Shown here: one piece after another, positions 10,088 through 18,577 of the stretch
How positions within the stretch are numbered: position 1 is the stretch's first letter
How the letters are laid out: each line of letters starts with the position of its first letter
NCBI GenBank assembly: GCA_963836235.1
Contig: CAWIIP010000005.1
Location: forward strand, 256,001 to 320,000
Direction: 5' to 3'
Length of the DNA: 64,000 nt
DNA from: an uncultured Pseudomonadota bacterium
GTDB lineage: Bacteria > Oederibacteriota > Muellerivitia > Muellerivitales > Muellerivitaceae
Notes under the pieces: model-generated
The model's database searches: none
Seen by the model: only the letters and a program-made list of their open reading frames with translations
Told to the model about the DNA's origin: nothing
Made by a program: the position numbers and the translations under genes

Positions 10088-11140
10088 GCCCCAGTTCAAT
10101 AGCGAAGTGCAACACTTAGCCCCGGCAGAATCCGGGGGTTATCCTAAGTTTTATGAAACAATCCTACAAGCACCTGTCGTTTGCCGAACGTGAAGAAATC
10201 GCAGTTTGGAAGGCAGAAGGCCTCTCCATACGAGAAATCGCCCGACGCCTCGAACGTGATGTGTCCAGTGTTTCCCGAGAGTTGAAGCGTAACGCACCAC
10301 CTTTACGTCCTGGCCGTTATCTACCAGCTCGGGCTCACCTGCGATCTACCCAGCGTAACCAACTCTCTCGGACCCATCTGCGTCTCAAAAAACCAGGGAT
10401 CCGACAACATGTTTTGCGTAAGCTTCATCAGGGGTTTTCTCCCGAACAAATTGCTGGTCAGCTTCGCCTTGAGAACTCCAAACTATTCATTTCCCACGAG
10501 GCCGTCTACCAGTTCATTTATTCCGAAGCCCGAAACCTCATCCCTCTCTTGGCTCGTTCCCATCGAAAGCGGCTTCGCCGATGGCATTCGCACAAACATC
10601 GAAAAAGCCATATTCCAGAACGAACTCCGATCACTCAACGACCCGCCATCGTGCAGACGCGGCGTCAATTTGGTCACTGGGAAGCGGACACCATCATCTC
10701 CAGAAAAAGTAAAGCCTCCCTTTTGGTGATGGTCGAACGAAAAAGCCGCCTCGTGAAACTCGCCTGGTTGCCTCAAAAGTCCGCTTCGAAAACACGAGCA
10801 GCTATCAATCGACGGCTCACCCTCTTTCCGAAGGGGTTACACCGGACCATTACTTACGACAACGGCTCTGAAAACATCGAGCATCTTCAAGTTAACAATC
10901 TCTTAGGAACCCGTTCCTTTTTCTGTCTTCCTTTCCACAGTTGGGAAAAGGGAACCGTCGAAAACACTAATGGTTTGGTGCGGCGCTTCTATCCAAAGAA
11001 AACCGATTTTGCTACCATAACTCCAGCGAACGTGCGACGTGTGGAGCGGGCTCTCAACAGCCGTCCACGCAAGTGCCTTCGCTTCAAAACGCCGGAGCAG
11101 GTCTTTCGTCTAGGTGTTGCACTTACTGGTTGAATTCAGC
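10088..11140 (+). mobile_element. IS30-family insertion sequence
   Basis: Imperfect terminal IRs (TTCAA-N5-AAGTGCAACAC-YTAG at both ends); 2-bp AT target duplication at 10086-10087 and 11141-11142. Confidence 0.88.
10153..11133 (+). CDS. IS30-family DDE transposase
   Basis: N-terminal HTH (SIREIARRLERDVSSVSRELKRN), SPEQIAG, SHEAVY, GHWEADT, TYDNGSE, WEKGTVENTNGLVR, LNSRPRKCL. Confidence 0.95.
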   Translation: MKQSYKHLSFAEREEIAVWKAEGLSIREIARRLERDVSSVSRELKRNAPPLRPGRYLPARAHLRSTQRNQLSRTHLRLKKPGIRQHVLRKLHQGFSPEQIAGQLRLENSKLFISHEAVYQFIYSEARNLIPLLARSHRKRLRRWHSHKHRKSHIPERTPITQRPAIVQTRRQFGHWEADTIISRKSKASLLVMVERKSRLVKLAWLPQKSASKTRAAINRRLTLFPKGLHRTITYDNGSENIEHLQVNNLLGTRSFFCLPFHSWEKGTVENTNGLVRRFYPKKTDFATITPANVRRVERALNSRPRKCLRFKTPEQVFRLGVALTG

Positions 11141-11594
11141 ATGGTTACTTTGTTTTTTCGATTTGTACTAAAAACTCTTTGTTTAAATTTTTTGCCATCT
11201 TCGGAAATATAAACGGAATAATCGATAGCTCTTGGCATTGCGTCCCAAGTCAAATAAGCCATTCCATTACCGGCTACTACTTTTAAATCGGTTGGGGAAT
11301 CTGTCTTTGGTTCTGATGGTCTTTTTCTACGACGACTTGGATAACTCCCCCCGCTAAAACTGGCTTTAATTGAATCGACATGTTCGCCTCGGGGCTCCTC
11401 ATCTTTTTCCACCGTTGCCATTGGCATTAAATTTTCCGTATTAACTCTAATTGCACTAACCGGCTTTGGTTTAAGTTCTCCATGTGTCGGGGTCGAGTCA
11501 TCGGCATAGCCCTCCTTACATAACAATCCAAAAATTATTGATACACACACCCACAAAAAGATCCGAGGAACAAAATGGCCAAGCTCACCTTTTA

Positions 11595-11612
11595 GAACGA
11601 AGGGGTCAGGCC
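11595..11612. repeat. Third copy of the RAYT end repeat
   Basis: GAACGAAGGGGTCAGGCC; 13 bp identical to 7442-7454, and its reverse complement matches 8448-8465 at 17/18. Confidence 0.7.
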
Positions 11613-11996
11613 ACCACTTTCTACTTTTCAATTCATCGACCCAAAATCGGCGTTTGTTTTCTTTCCCCATATCTGGACTCCCTTCCCATGTGGCGTGCTG
11701 GTTGAACATTTTTATAAATCGACATTATTGAAAATTACGAATTAGGCCTTATATCTTGGACCCCGCAAAATATATTTAAGTGTAGGAGTGAGTTGGAAAA
11801 TAATTGCTTTATTTGTGACCGGTCGCGACAACTATACCAAAAACCCCAATTACGACAACGTTAAATACTAAATTCACGAAAGCCTTGTTCCGGACACAAA
11901 ATTCGCACTATTTCTGACCACTCTTGAAAATATTTGTTCTTTTTAAAAGAAATGGTACTCTATCCGCAGAATTGAGAACTTCAGGGAGGATATGAA

Positions 11997-12356
11997 ATGA
12001 AACGTTTGGTCATATTGATGGCGGTTGGATTAAGTTTTGGATTGGCTAGTTATTCCCATGCGGCGGCGACAACTTCAACCCCAGTCCCCTACAAAAGCCT
12101 CAATCCCCAAGCTCATCAAATTAATCTGCGGCTAAAAAACCAGTGGATGCTGGTTCAACAAGGACTTAAGTCTGGGAAATTCACCAAGGCGCAGGGCGCT
12201 TCTTATCGGGCCAGCCTGAAAGCCGTCCGCGAGCAGGAAGTCGGCTTCTTCAAGCTGAACAAAAGCCACCAACTAACCACCGATCAGGTGAGCCAGCTGA
12301 ACACTTCGTTGAATCAAAACTCCTCCACCCTCGGTGAAACTCCCACCAACAACTAA
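11997..12356 (+). CDS. Small secreted helical protein
   Basis: GGGAGG RBS; signal peptide ending SHA; followed by a terminator. Confidence 0.8.
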   Translation: MKRLVILMAVGLSFGLASYSHAAATTSTPVPYKSLNPQAHQINLRLKNQWMLVQQGLKSGKFTKAQGASYRASLKAVREQEVGFFKLNKSHQLTTDQVSQLNTSLNQNSSTLGETPTNN

Positions 12357-12369
12357 ATCTTTTAAAAAC

Positions 12370-12400
12370 AAAAAGGTGCCCCAATTGGAGCACCCTTTTG
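12370..12400 (+). terminator. Intrinsic terminator (possibly bidirectional)
   Basis: AAAAGGTGCCCCAATTGGAGCACCCTTTTG hairpin flanked by A and T runs. Confidence 0.6.
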
Positions 12401-12730
12401 TTTAAATTCATTTCCCAATTTTATTTAAAACCTCCCCAAATATTTGATCCAAATTTAAAATAACACGCAAGCCACAAATCAAAGCCAGGTTAATTTTCCC
12501 TCAAACCATTTTGGAACTTATATAAGCGCTCGAATTGAGCTTGGTTACAATAGCCGTTTCTCATGGCGTAAAGCATCGCATCAAAAAAATCTTCAACCCT
12601 GATATAAAAGTTTTCATTGTCCACTCCTATAACCGTTAAAAATATTGAATCATTTTAATAAATCTGATATATCTAATAGCGCAACTATTTAACACCTCAT
12701 GACGTCCAAAAGAAAGGTTGGGTTAAATTT

Positions 12731-12931
12731 ATGCAGATAAAGAAAAAACGCGGCCCTCAACCCATGGGAGGAATTCGGATCATCCTCCGCCTCTTGCCGG
12801 ATTTAATTACGGCACTTGACGCGGAACAGAAGCGGTCAGGACGTACCCGGACCGACTTGATCCAGCGGGCCATTGAGGCCCAATACATGGGCAAGCGCCG
12901 CAAAACAGATTGGGAACCCCCTAAGAGATAG
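12731..12931 (+). CDS. Ribbon-helix-helix (CopG/MobC-like) DNA-binding protein
   Basis: RIILRLLPDLITALDAEQKRSGRTRTDLIQRAIE pattern; first gene of the mobilization module. Confidence 0.75.
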   Translation: MQIKKKRGPQPMGGIRIILRLLPDLITALDAEQKRSGRTRTDLIQRAIEAQYMGKRRKTDWEPPKR

Positions 12932-12991
12932 TTCGTCTCCCGAAGCCTCAAAGCCAAGGAGATAGCGGGCTTACGGGGCGGGAGAGCGGAC

Positions 12992-14788
12992 ATGACAAAG
13001 GAAGACTGGGAGCGTTTCAACCAGGTTGTTCTGTTGCCGTTGACCCTTCCTTTTATTTTTATCGGCCTCAATTTCTGCTGGCCCTTTTTCGGCCTGGGGA
13101 ATATGGACGGGACCTTCCCGGACCCGGACGTGGTGAATCGCCACCTACTGGGACCGTTCATCCTGATATTCGCCGTCCCCTATGTTCTCGTCTTCCTGTA
13201 CCGGGAGAGCGAGAACATCCTTATTCCCACCAAGCTGGCGGTCTGCCCGACCATGGCGGTCGCCGTCTTGGACCTCCTCTTTTCGACCTATAGCAAGTTT
13301 TACCTCGTTTCAGTCGCGCTCGTGACCTCGCTTGGCTTGTTTGAACTTTTCTGGAAGCCAGTCAAGAAGAAGAAAGAGGAATTAGGACCCTATCCCTTAG
13401 TTCTAGATTCCAAGGGGCAAAACATCCTTTCGACGTCCTCCCTGCACGAGAACGTTCAAATAGTGGGTGGAACAGGCACCGGCAAGACCCATTACGTCAT
13501 CAAACCCTTCATTGAACAAACCATCCGGCAGGATTTGGGTTGCTTCATCCTGGACGTCAAAAGCAACATGTTCCCGGACGTGGCTTATTTCGCTTGGATG
13601 GCCAAAGGCCGCTTCATCCGCCATTTCACCCTGGCCGACATCCTGGGTTCCCTTCGCTACAATCCACTCTATGGGGATAATCCCGACGCCATCGCCAACC
13701 GGGTTTTCGTGGCTCTTTACTTCGACGTCAGGTCCACCGAGCCCTATTACCGGGAATTAGCCGAAACCTATCTCCACAACCTCATTGGGTTACTCAAGAA
13801 AGAGATAAAGACCCTCACGTTCCAGGACCTTCTCACCTGTACCCAGGAAGGGGATACCTTCAGGACAATCGCCTGGTTTTGCTCCAAATACCCCGATACC
13901 CATTACGCGCGGTACTTCCAGGAGCAATGGCTTGGTAAATCTCCCAAGGACCGGCGTAATGATCTTTCAGGACTATTGAACAAACTCCAAAGGTTCTGCA
14001 ACAGCGAGTGGTCCCATCTGCTCAATGTCCGTGAACCCGATATCAAGATGGAAGACGTGGTAAAGCTTGGTCAGGTCTTCCTGTTCTCCCCCGACGCCGC
14101 CCGTTACCCGCAGGACGCCAAACCCCTCTGCATCCTCGCCATGATGGACTTGGCCGAGCAATTGGCTGATCGATACCGAACCACCCCACAGAAGCCTTTC
14201 CGGGTCTTCCTGGACGAGTTCTACAACCTGGCTTACCCGAAGTTCATCGACTTCATCAACAAGTGCCGGGAAGCCCAGGTGAACCTCTTCTTGGCCCACC
14301 AGTCCTTGGGGGACTTGAGGGGCGTTTCGGAGGATTTCCTGGAACAGGTCTTGAACACCGCCAGCAACAAGATCATCTTGCGGGTCAACGACCCGGACAC
14401 AGCGGAGTCTTTCTCCCGGCAGTTCGGGACCGAACTGGACCGGGAAGCCAGGGTGACTTCCTACAAGGCGGACCATACCCTGGCCGGGTACAGCGTTCCC
14501 ATCACCGAAAAGTTCCGGTTCCATCCGAATCGGATCAAGGATCTCAAGGTAGGCCAAGCCATCGTCAAGGCCATGGGGGAATCGGGAGTCCGCATCTTCC
14601 AGACCGACTTGCGGCGGGCCGACAAGCCCTGGGCAGGCTTCAACCCGAAAAATGCCTTGGCCTATAGGACCCCCCACGAGGGAAAGAACGAAAGCTCTAT
14701 CCCCCAATTGATCCAGGAAGTGGCCGTACCTGTTGGGCAGGGTTCCAGGAGGACCATTGCGTCCTTGGGGGAGGAAGAAAATGACTGA
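12992..14788 (+). CDS. VirD4/TraD-like type IV coupling protein
   Basis: N-terminal TM helices; Walker A GGTGTGKT; YNPL; Walker B VFLDEF; LAHQSLGDL, RVNDPDTAE. Confidence 0.88.
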   Translation: MTKEDWERFNQVVLLPLTLPFIFIGLNFCWPFFGLGNMDGTFPDPDVVNRHLLGPFILIFAVPYVLVFLYRESENILIPTKLAVCPTMAVAVLDLLFSTYSKFYLVSVALVTSLGLFELFWKPVKKKKEELGPYPLVLDSKGQNILSTSSLHENVQIVGGTGTGKTHYVIKPFIEQTIRQDLGCFILDVKSNMFPDVAYFAWMAKGRFIRHFTLADILGSLRYNPLYGDNPDAIANRVFVALYFDVRSTEPYYRELAETYLHNLIGLLKKEIKTLTFQDLLTCTQEGDTFRTIAWFCSKYPDTHYARYFQEQWLGKSPKDRRNDLSGLLNKLQRFCNSEWSHLLNVREPDIKMEDVVKLGQVFLFSPDAARYPQDAKPLCILAMMDLAEQLADRYRTTPQKPFRVFLDEFYNLAYPKFIDFINKCREAQVNLFLAHQSLGDLRGVSEDFLEQVLNTASNKIILRVNDPDTAESFSRQFGTELDREARVTSYKADHTLAGYSVPITEKFRFHPNRIKDLKVGQAIVKAMGESGVRIFQTDLRRADKPWAGFNPKNALAYRTPHEGKNESSIPQLIQEVAVPVGQGSRRTIASLGEEEND

Positions 14789-15644
14789 ACCCCTCTCCCC
14801 CATTACGGCCCTGGAACCCAAGGACGTCGAAACCTTGGCCTATATCCATTCCAACAAGTTCATCACGACTAAGCTATTCCACAAGAAGTTCCACCACCAC
14901 CATTCCTATTGGACGGCCTGCCTGCACCTGAAACGGCTCATGGAGAAGGGCCTACTCTTGAAGACAAGGAACCTCCCTAACGAGGACGCTTTCTACTGCC
15001 TGACCCGCCCGGCCATGCGCCATTTGTCCGAGCTGGCCCGAATTCTCATTTCCCCGGAAGTGCGCTCCCCCCATATCAATCCATTCGAGCGGGAGCACGA
15101 CAAAAGGGTTCTTGCCATGCGTATCCAGATCGAGGAAGCGGGCGGCTTGGACGGGTTGACCTGGCTTTCGGATTACGAAATGCGTTGCGGGTTGAGACTC
15201 GATTGGAAAAAGGCCCTGGCCGAGGGCCGGGGTTGGGCCCTCGCCGGGGCGAAACTGCACCGGGTTCACCACCGTACCCCGGACGGATACTTTGAGGGCT
15301 CCCTCGCGGGCAAGGGTGTTGCCTTTGCCTTGGAGTATGAGCATACGTCCTACAACCGGGAGAAGATGACCGCCATGGTCTTGAACCTGACCAGGGACTT
15401 CCCCGGTGCCTTCCGGCTGGTGGTCAGCCGGGACAAGGACCATGCGGTCAGGATGATTGAGGGGCTGGAAACCTACCTCAAAGGCGACCCCCGTAACCGG
15501 GACCTATGGGGCTTTTCCTTCTTTGAGAAGGTGGTCCGGCTTCCCTTCATTCGGGTGCCTTGGGTCAACCTGCACGGCGAATACCTGCCCTTCGTGAAGG
15601 ACCCCATCCTAAAAGCCTCCCAATCGGCGGAGGTGACGGCATGA
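14781..15644 (+). CDS. Replication-relaxation (Replic_Relax-like) protein, putative relaxase
   Basis: N-terminal wHTH (LKRLMEKGLL...YCLT), EHD, TPDGYF...ALEYEHT nuclease-like motif; translationally coupled to the coupling protein. Confidence 0.7.
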   Translation: MTEPLSPITALEPKDVETLAYIHSNKFITTKLFHKKFHHHHSYWTACLHLKRLMEKGLLLKTRNLPNEDAFYCLTRPAMRHLSELARILISPEVRSPHINPFEREHDKRVLAMRIQIEEAGGLDGLTWLSDYEMRCGLRLDWKKALAEGRGWALAGAKLHRVHHRTPDGYFEGSLAGKGVAFALEYEHTSYNREKMTAMVLNLTRDFPGAFRLVVSRDKDHAVRMIEGLETYLKGDPRNRDLWGFSFFEKVVRLPFIRVPWVNLHGEYLPFVKDPILKASQSAEVTA

Positions 15645-15919
15645 ACCACACCCCTAAACACCTGAAGCGGAGGTTGAAACAGAGTCAAGCCAAAATCCAC
15701 GGAAACGCCCACGAAAGAGGGCGATTCGGCTCTCTTGCGACGCCAGCCCCCACTCTCCCAGCATCATTACATGAGTGCTGGAATTCGATAGTGGGGGCTG
15801 GCCTCTCATCCATCCGAATCCTTATAAGCGCGGGCGTAGAGGACAAAGACAAGAATCAACAGATAAAGAATACAGATACAGCGAAAGTCAAAAGCAATGT
15901 CAACAGCAACACAAACACC

Positions 15920-15981
15920 GTGGAAACCCCCCCGAATAACCTGTTGGTAATGAAACAGGTTTGGGAAGCGGGGTTTTCCAC
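15920..15981. repeat. Nested imperfect inverted repeat (candidate oriT or replication origin)
   Basis: GTGGAAACCCCC...GGGGTTTTCCAC outer arms; AACCTGTT/AACAGGTT inner arms. Confidence 0.55.
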
Positions 15982-16049
15982 ACCTTTCCCCGAAGGTAGG
16001 ACCCTATCGGGTCCTTTATTTTTCAATCTTTATGCAGAGGAGGTAATCC

Positions 16050-16304
16050 ATGCAAGATCGTAGGAAGAACGTAGAACGGCGGAATTATTTAATGTCGGAC
16101 AAGGATATCGCTGAATGGGCCGGGGTTTCTCCTAATACGGTCCGCTATTGGCGGCAAACAGGTGTCTTGCCTTTCGAGAAGGTCGGCAAGTACCCCAGGG
16201 TTTGGTATTCCGTGCTCCTTCAAGTTTTTCAAAAAGCCAGTCCACATTTGGCGAACGGTGCTGATAAAATGCCAAGTGCTGGGGACATTAGGAGGGACGC
16301 ATGA
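16050..16304 (+). CDS. Excisionase-like HTH (MerR/HTH_17 type)
   Basis: AGGAGGT RBS; LMSDKDIAEWAGVSPNTVRYWRQTGVLPFEKVG; overlaps the integrase start (ATGA). Confidence 0.8.
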   Translation: MQDRRKNVERRNYLMSDKDIAEWAGVSPNTVRYWRQTGVLPFEKVGKYPRVWYSVLLQVFQKASPHLANGADKMPSAGDIRRDA

Positions 16305-17410
16305 GTAGACCTAATGTTCATGGATTGCCCCGGTTTTTGAGAAAGGACGCCGGGGGTTATTTTCTGGATTACTTTGTCCAAGAGGAAGGAGTGAGAAAAA
16401 GGAAAAGGGTTCGTTTGGGATTCATTCCACTGGCCCAGGCTAAGCGGGTCTTGGCTCAACACACGCAAGAAATTGTGGAGCAAAGATTTATAGCCTTAGA
16501 GAAGCCGAAAGTCACGTTCATGGAAGCGGCGGATTCGTTTTTGGCCTATTCATCGGCCAGGAAAAAAAGCCACAGGAACGACGCGCAGATCGTCACCCGA
16601 CTTAAGGCTTTTTTTGGGAACCGGTCTTTGGAGAGCCTGACGCCCGATCTTGTTGAGGCTTACCTGACTCAAAGGCAGAAAGAGGGTAACAAGCTTCACA
16701 AGAGGGATTTCCTGACAGGCTCAACACTTAATCGGGATATTGCCTGCCTAAAAACCATTATTCGTAGAGCGGTTTTAAACAGGCGGATTGAGCGTAATCC
16801 AATCGAGGGAGTGCGGCGGTTCAAGGAGTATTCTCGCGATAGGACGTTGACCCAACAGGAACTGCAAGACTTTCTGGCGGTTTGCTCGCCCCATTTAAGG
16901 TCCATCGTGGAGCTAGCCTATTTAAGCGGCATGAGACGCGGTGAAATTCTTGGTTTAAGGTGGGATCAGATCGACTTCAAGAACAAGGTTATTGTTTTGG
17001 AAGCCGCCGACACCAAGACCCAGGAAAAGAGGGAAATTCCGTTGAGTTCAAGACTGAATCAGCTTTTCCAGCGGATACCCAAGACTTTGGGAAATCCATT
17101 TGTGTTTACTTACAAAGGTAAACGCATTGGAAATATCAGAAATGCCTTCAAACGAGTTTGCCGCAAGGCGGGGATCAAGGATTTTCGGTTCCATGATTTC
17201 AGGCATTGCGCGGTGACCAACTTGAGGAAGGCGGGGGTGAGTGATTCGGTTATCATGTCCATTTCGGGCCATAAGACCCATGCTGTTTTTAGAAAATATG
17301 ACCGAGTGGATCGGGATGACCGGCAGGAAGCTTTTCGGCGTGTTGAAAGTTTGATTGACACGGATATGACACGTCAAGAAAATCCTATCCCGCAAGAGGC
17401 AGGTTCGTAG
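16301..17410 (+). CDS. Tyrosine recombinase/integrase
   Basis: SGMRRGEILGLRW (R), TKT (K), FHDFRH (HxxR), SGHKT...RKY (H, Y). Confidence 0.95.
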   Translation: MSRPNVHGLPRFLRKDAGGYFLDYFVQEEGVRKRKRVRLGFIPLAQAKRVLAQHTQEIVEQRFIALEKPKVTFMEAADSFLAYSSARKKSHRNDAQIVTRLKAFFGNRSLESLTPDLVEAYLTQRQKEGNKLHKRDFLTGSTLNRDIACLKTIIRRAVLNRRIERNPIEGVRRFKEYSRDRTLTQQELQDFLAVCSPHLRSIVELAYLSGMRRGEILGLRWDQIDFKNKVIVLEAADTKTQEKREIPLSSRLNQLFQRIPKTLGNPFVFTYKGKRIGNIRNAFKRVCRKAGIKDFRFHDFRHCAVTNLRKAGVSDSVIMSISGHKTHAVFRKYDRVDRDDRQEAFRRVESLIDTDMTRQENPIPQEAGS

Positions 17411-17445
17411 TTTAAAAGTATTGTTTTAAAAGAAACTTTCGAGCG

Positions 17446-17522
17446 GTGCCCATAGCTCAATTGGATAGAGCTTCTGACTTCGGATCAGAAGGTTGCAGGT
17501 TCAAGTCCTGCTGGGCACACCA
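17446..17522 (+). tRNA. tRNA-Arg(UCG)
   Basis: Acceptor stem GTGCCCA/TGGGCAC; D-arm AGCTCAATTGGATAGAGC; anticodon arm TCTGA-CTTCGGA-TCAGA; T-loop GGTTCAAGTCC; encoded CCA. Confidence 0.95.
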
Positions 17523-17753
17523 TCTATCCACAGAAGATATGGCAAACAAAGTTTGCCGTTAAACAGAGGATGGCGTTGTACCAATTTCCATAGTGTTTGT
17601 CTTTTAAGAAAATTGGTACACACCATTATTCCAATACCATTCAAAGCCTCCGCCTTGTTGATCCCTTTATTTCCTGTGAAAACTTCTTGTAAAAACTGCT
17701 TTATTTTGGACTAATGCTTGCAAGTTTAGCCTTTACTACCAGGAGGTCTTATC

Positions 17754-18032
17754 GTGACGAAGAGTGAAATGCAGATGACGTTGGCGACGGCGACGGGTTT
17801 TAAGAAGAAAGATATCGAAAATATGCTACAGGCCCTGAACGACCTGATTTACAAAACCTTGAAAAAAGAAAAGGTAATCAAGCTCGACGGCCTCGGCGTG
17901 TTCCAATTGAAGGATCGCAAAGCCCGCATGGGCCGCAATCCCGCCACCGGCGAAACCATCAAGATCGCCGCCAAGCGGGTCGTCAAGTTCCGCGTGGTCA
18001 AGGCCTTGAAGGATGAGGTTCTGGGAAAATAA
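17754..18032 (+). CDS. hup: HU family DNA-binding protein
   Basis: AGGAGG RBS with GTG start; GLGVFQLKDRKARMGRNPATGETIKIAAKRVVKF. Confidence 0.95.
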   Translation: MTKSEMQMTLATATGFKKKDIENMLQALNDLIYKTLKKEKVIKLDGLGVFQLKDRKARMGRNPATGETIKIAAKRVVKFRVVKALKDEVLGK

Positions 18033-18070
18033 TTCGGCCCCGCGAATAAGCATCGCAGACGCTGGACTTC

Positions 18071-18116
18071 GGAGTGCTGATGCGAAAATCATAAAGCATC
18101 AGCGCTCCTTTTTTTT
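18071..18116 (+). terminator. Intrinsic terminator after HU
   Basis: GGAGTGCTGATGC...GCATCAGCGCTCC stem followed by T8. Confidence 0.8.
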
Positions 18117-18275
18117 GACCTTTTTCCCCTCGCTTAAAACCGAGGAGTTGTCGGTTGGGCGGTTTTTAAAAAACTTGTTGAACTCGTTGTTTCCCCTCCG
18201 AATTTTTGGTTGCCGTCATACGGTTTTTTTTAACCACGACCCTTTGCATCACTTTGATAGCCAAAGAGAAATTCC

Positions 18276-18503
18276 TTACCGCAGATCGGCGCTCGTCTTG
18301 AAGCCCCATTTTTTCCAGGTTTGGGCGCGGGTATAGAAGGTACTGTCCTTATGTAAAAAGCCGGTGTTTTCCTGACCGAGAGAAATAATGCCTTCCGCCT
18401 CGGCGGCCATTAAGGCTTCCATGTGATCGAAACCCGTATAGGTCTTCCCCGTGAAGGGATCCAGTACGGCGGGTTTAAAGTCGGATTTTCGAAAGGGTTT
18501 CAT
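18276..18503 (-). CDS. Small hypothetical protein
   Basis: 75-aa ORF with RBS-like AGGA; GxxH...GFL...FYTR pattern. Confidence 0.55.
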   Translation of the reverse strand: MKPFRKSDFKPAVLDPFTGKTYTGFDHMEALMAAEAEGIISLGQENTGFLHKDSTFYTRAQTWKKWGFKTSADLR

Positions 18504-18525
18504 GCCCTTATCCTATCGCCCCGCT

Positions 18526-18562
18526 AAAAAAAGGCCCGTGCCCCAAAGGGGCCGGGCCTTTT
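18526..18562 (-). terminator. Intrinsic terminator
   Basis: AAAAAAAGGCCCG...CGGGCCTTTT hairpin downstream of the TolB-like gene. Confidence 0.7.
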
Positions 18563-18577
18563 GAAACCGGAAGGTCT

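Larger units (their letters stand above)
9980..11709 (-). pseudogene. Fibronectin type III domain protein interrupted by IS30
   Basis: N-part PTDLKVVAGNGMAYLTWD...NKVT; removing the IS and one AT copy restores in-frame IGLLKNGKTYYFGITSIGKGSESEK...SR, stop at 9980-9982; true start uncertain. Confidence 0.8.
12731..17445 (+). mobile_element. Core of an integrative mobilizable element next to tRNA-Arg; left boundary not identified
   Basis: Co-oriented RHH, T4CP, relaxase, xis and int ending 35 bp before the tRNA. Confidence 0.7.

Noticed and set aside
12525-12545. AGCTCAATT match (minus strand) to the tRNA-Arg D-arm as a possible attL
   Set aside because: Only 9 bp and in the wrong orientation; expected by chance.
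15560-16063. 167-aa ORF between relaxase and excisionase
   Set aside because: Low-complexity translation across an A/C-rich tract and hairpin; more likely a non-coding cis region, though not excluded.
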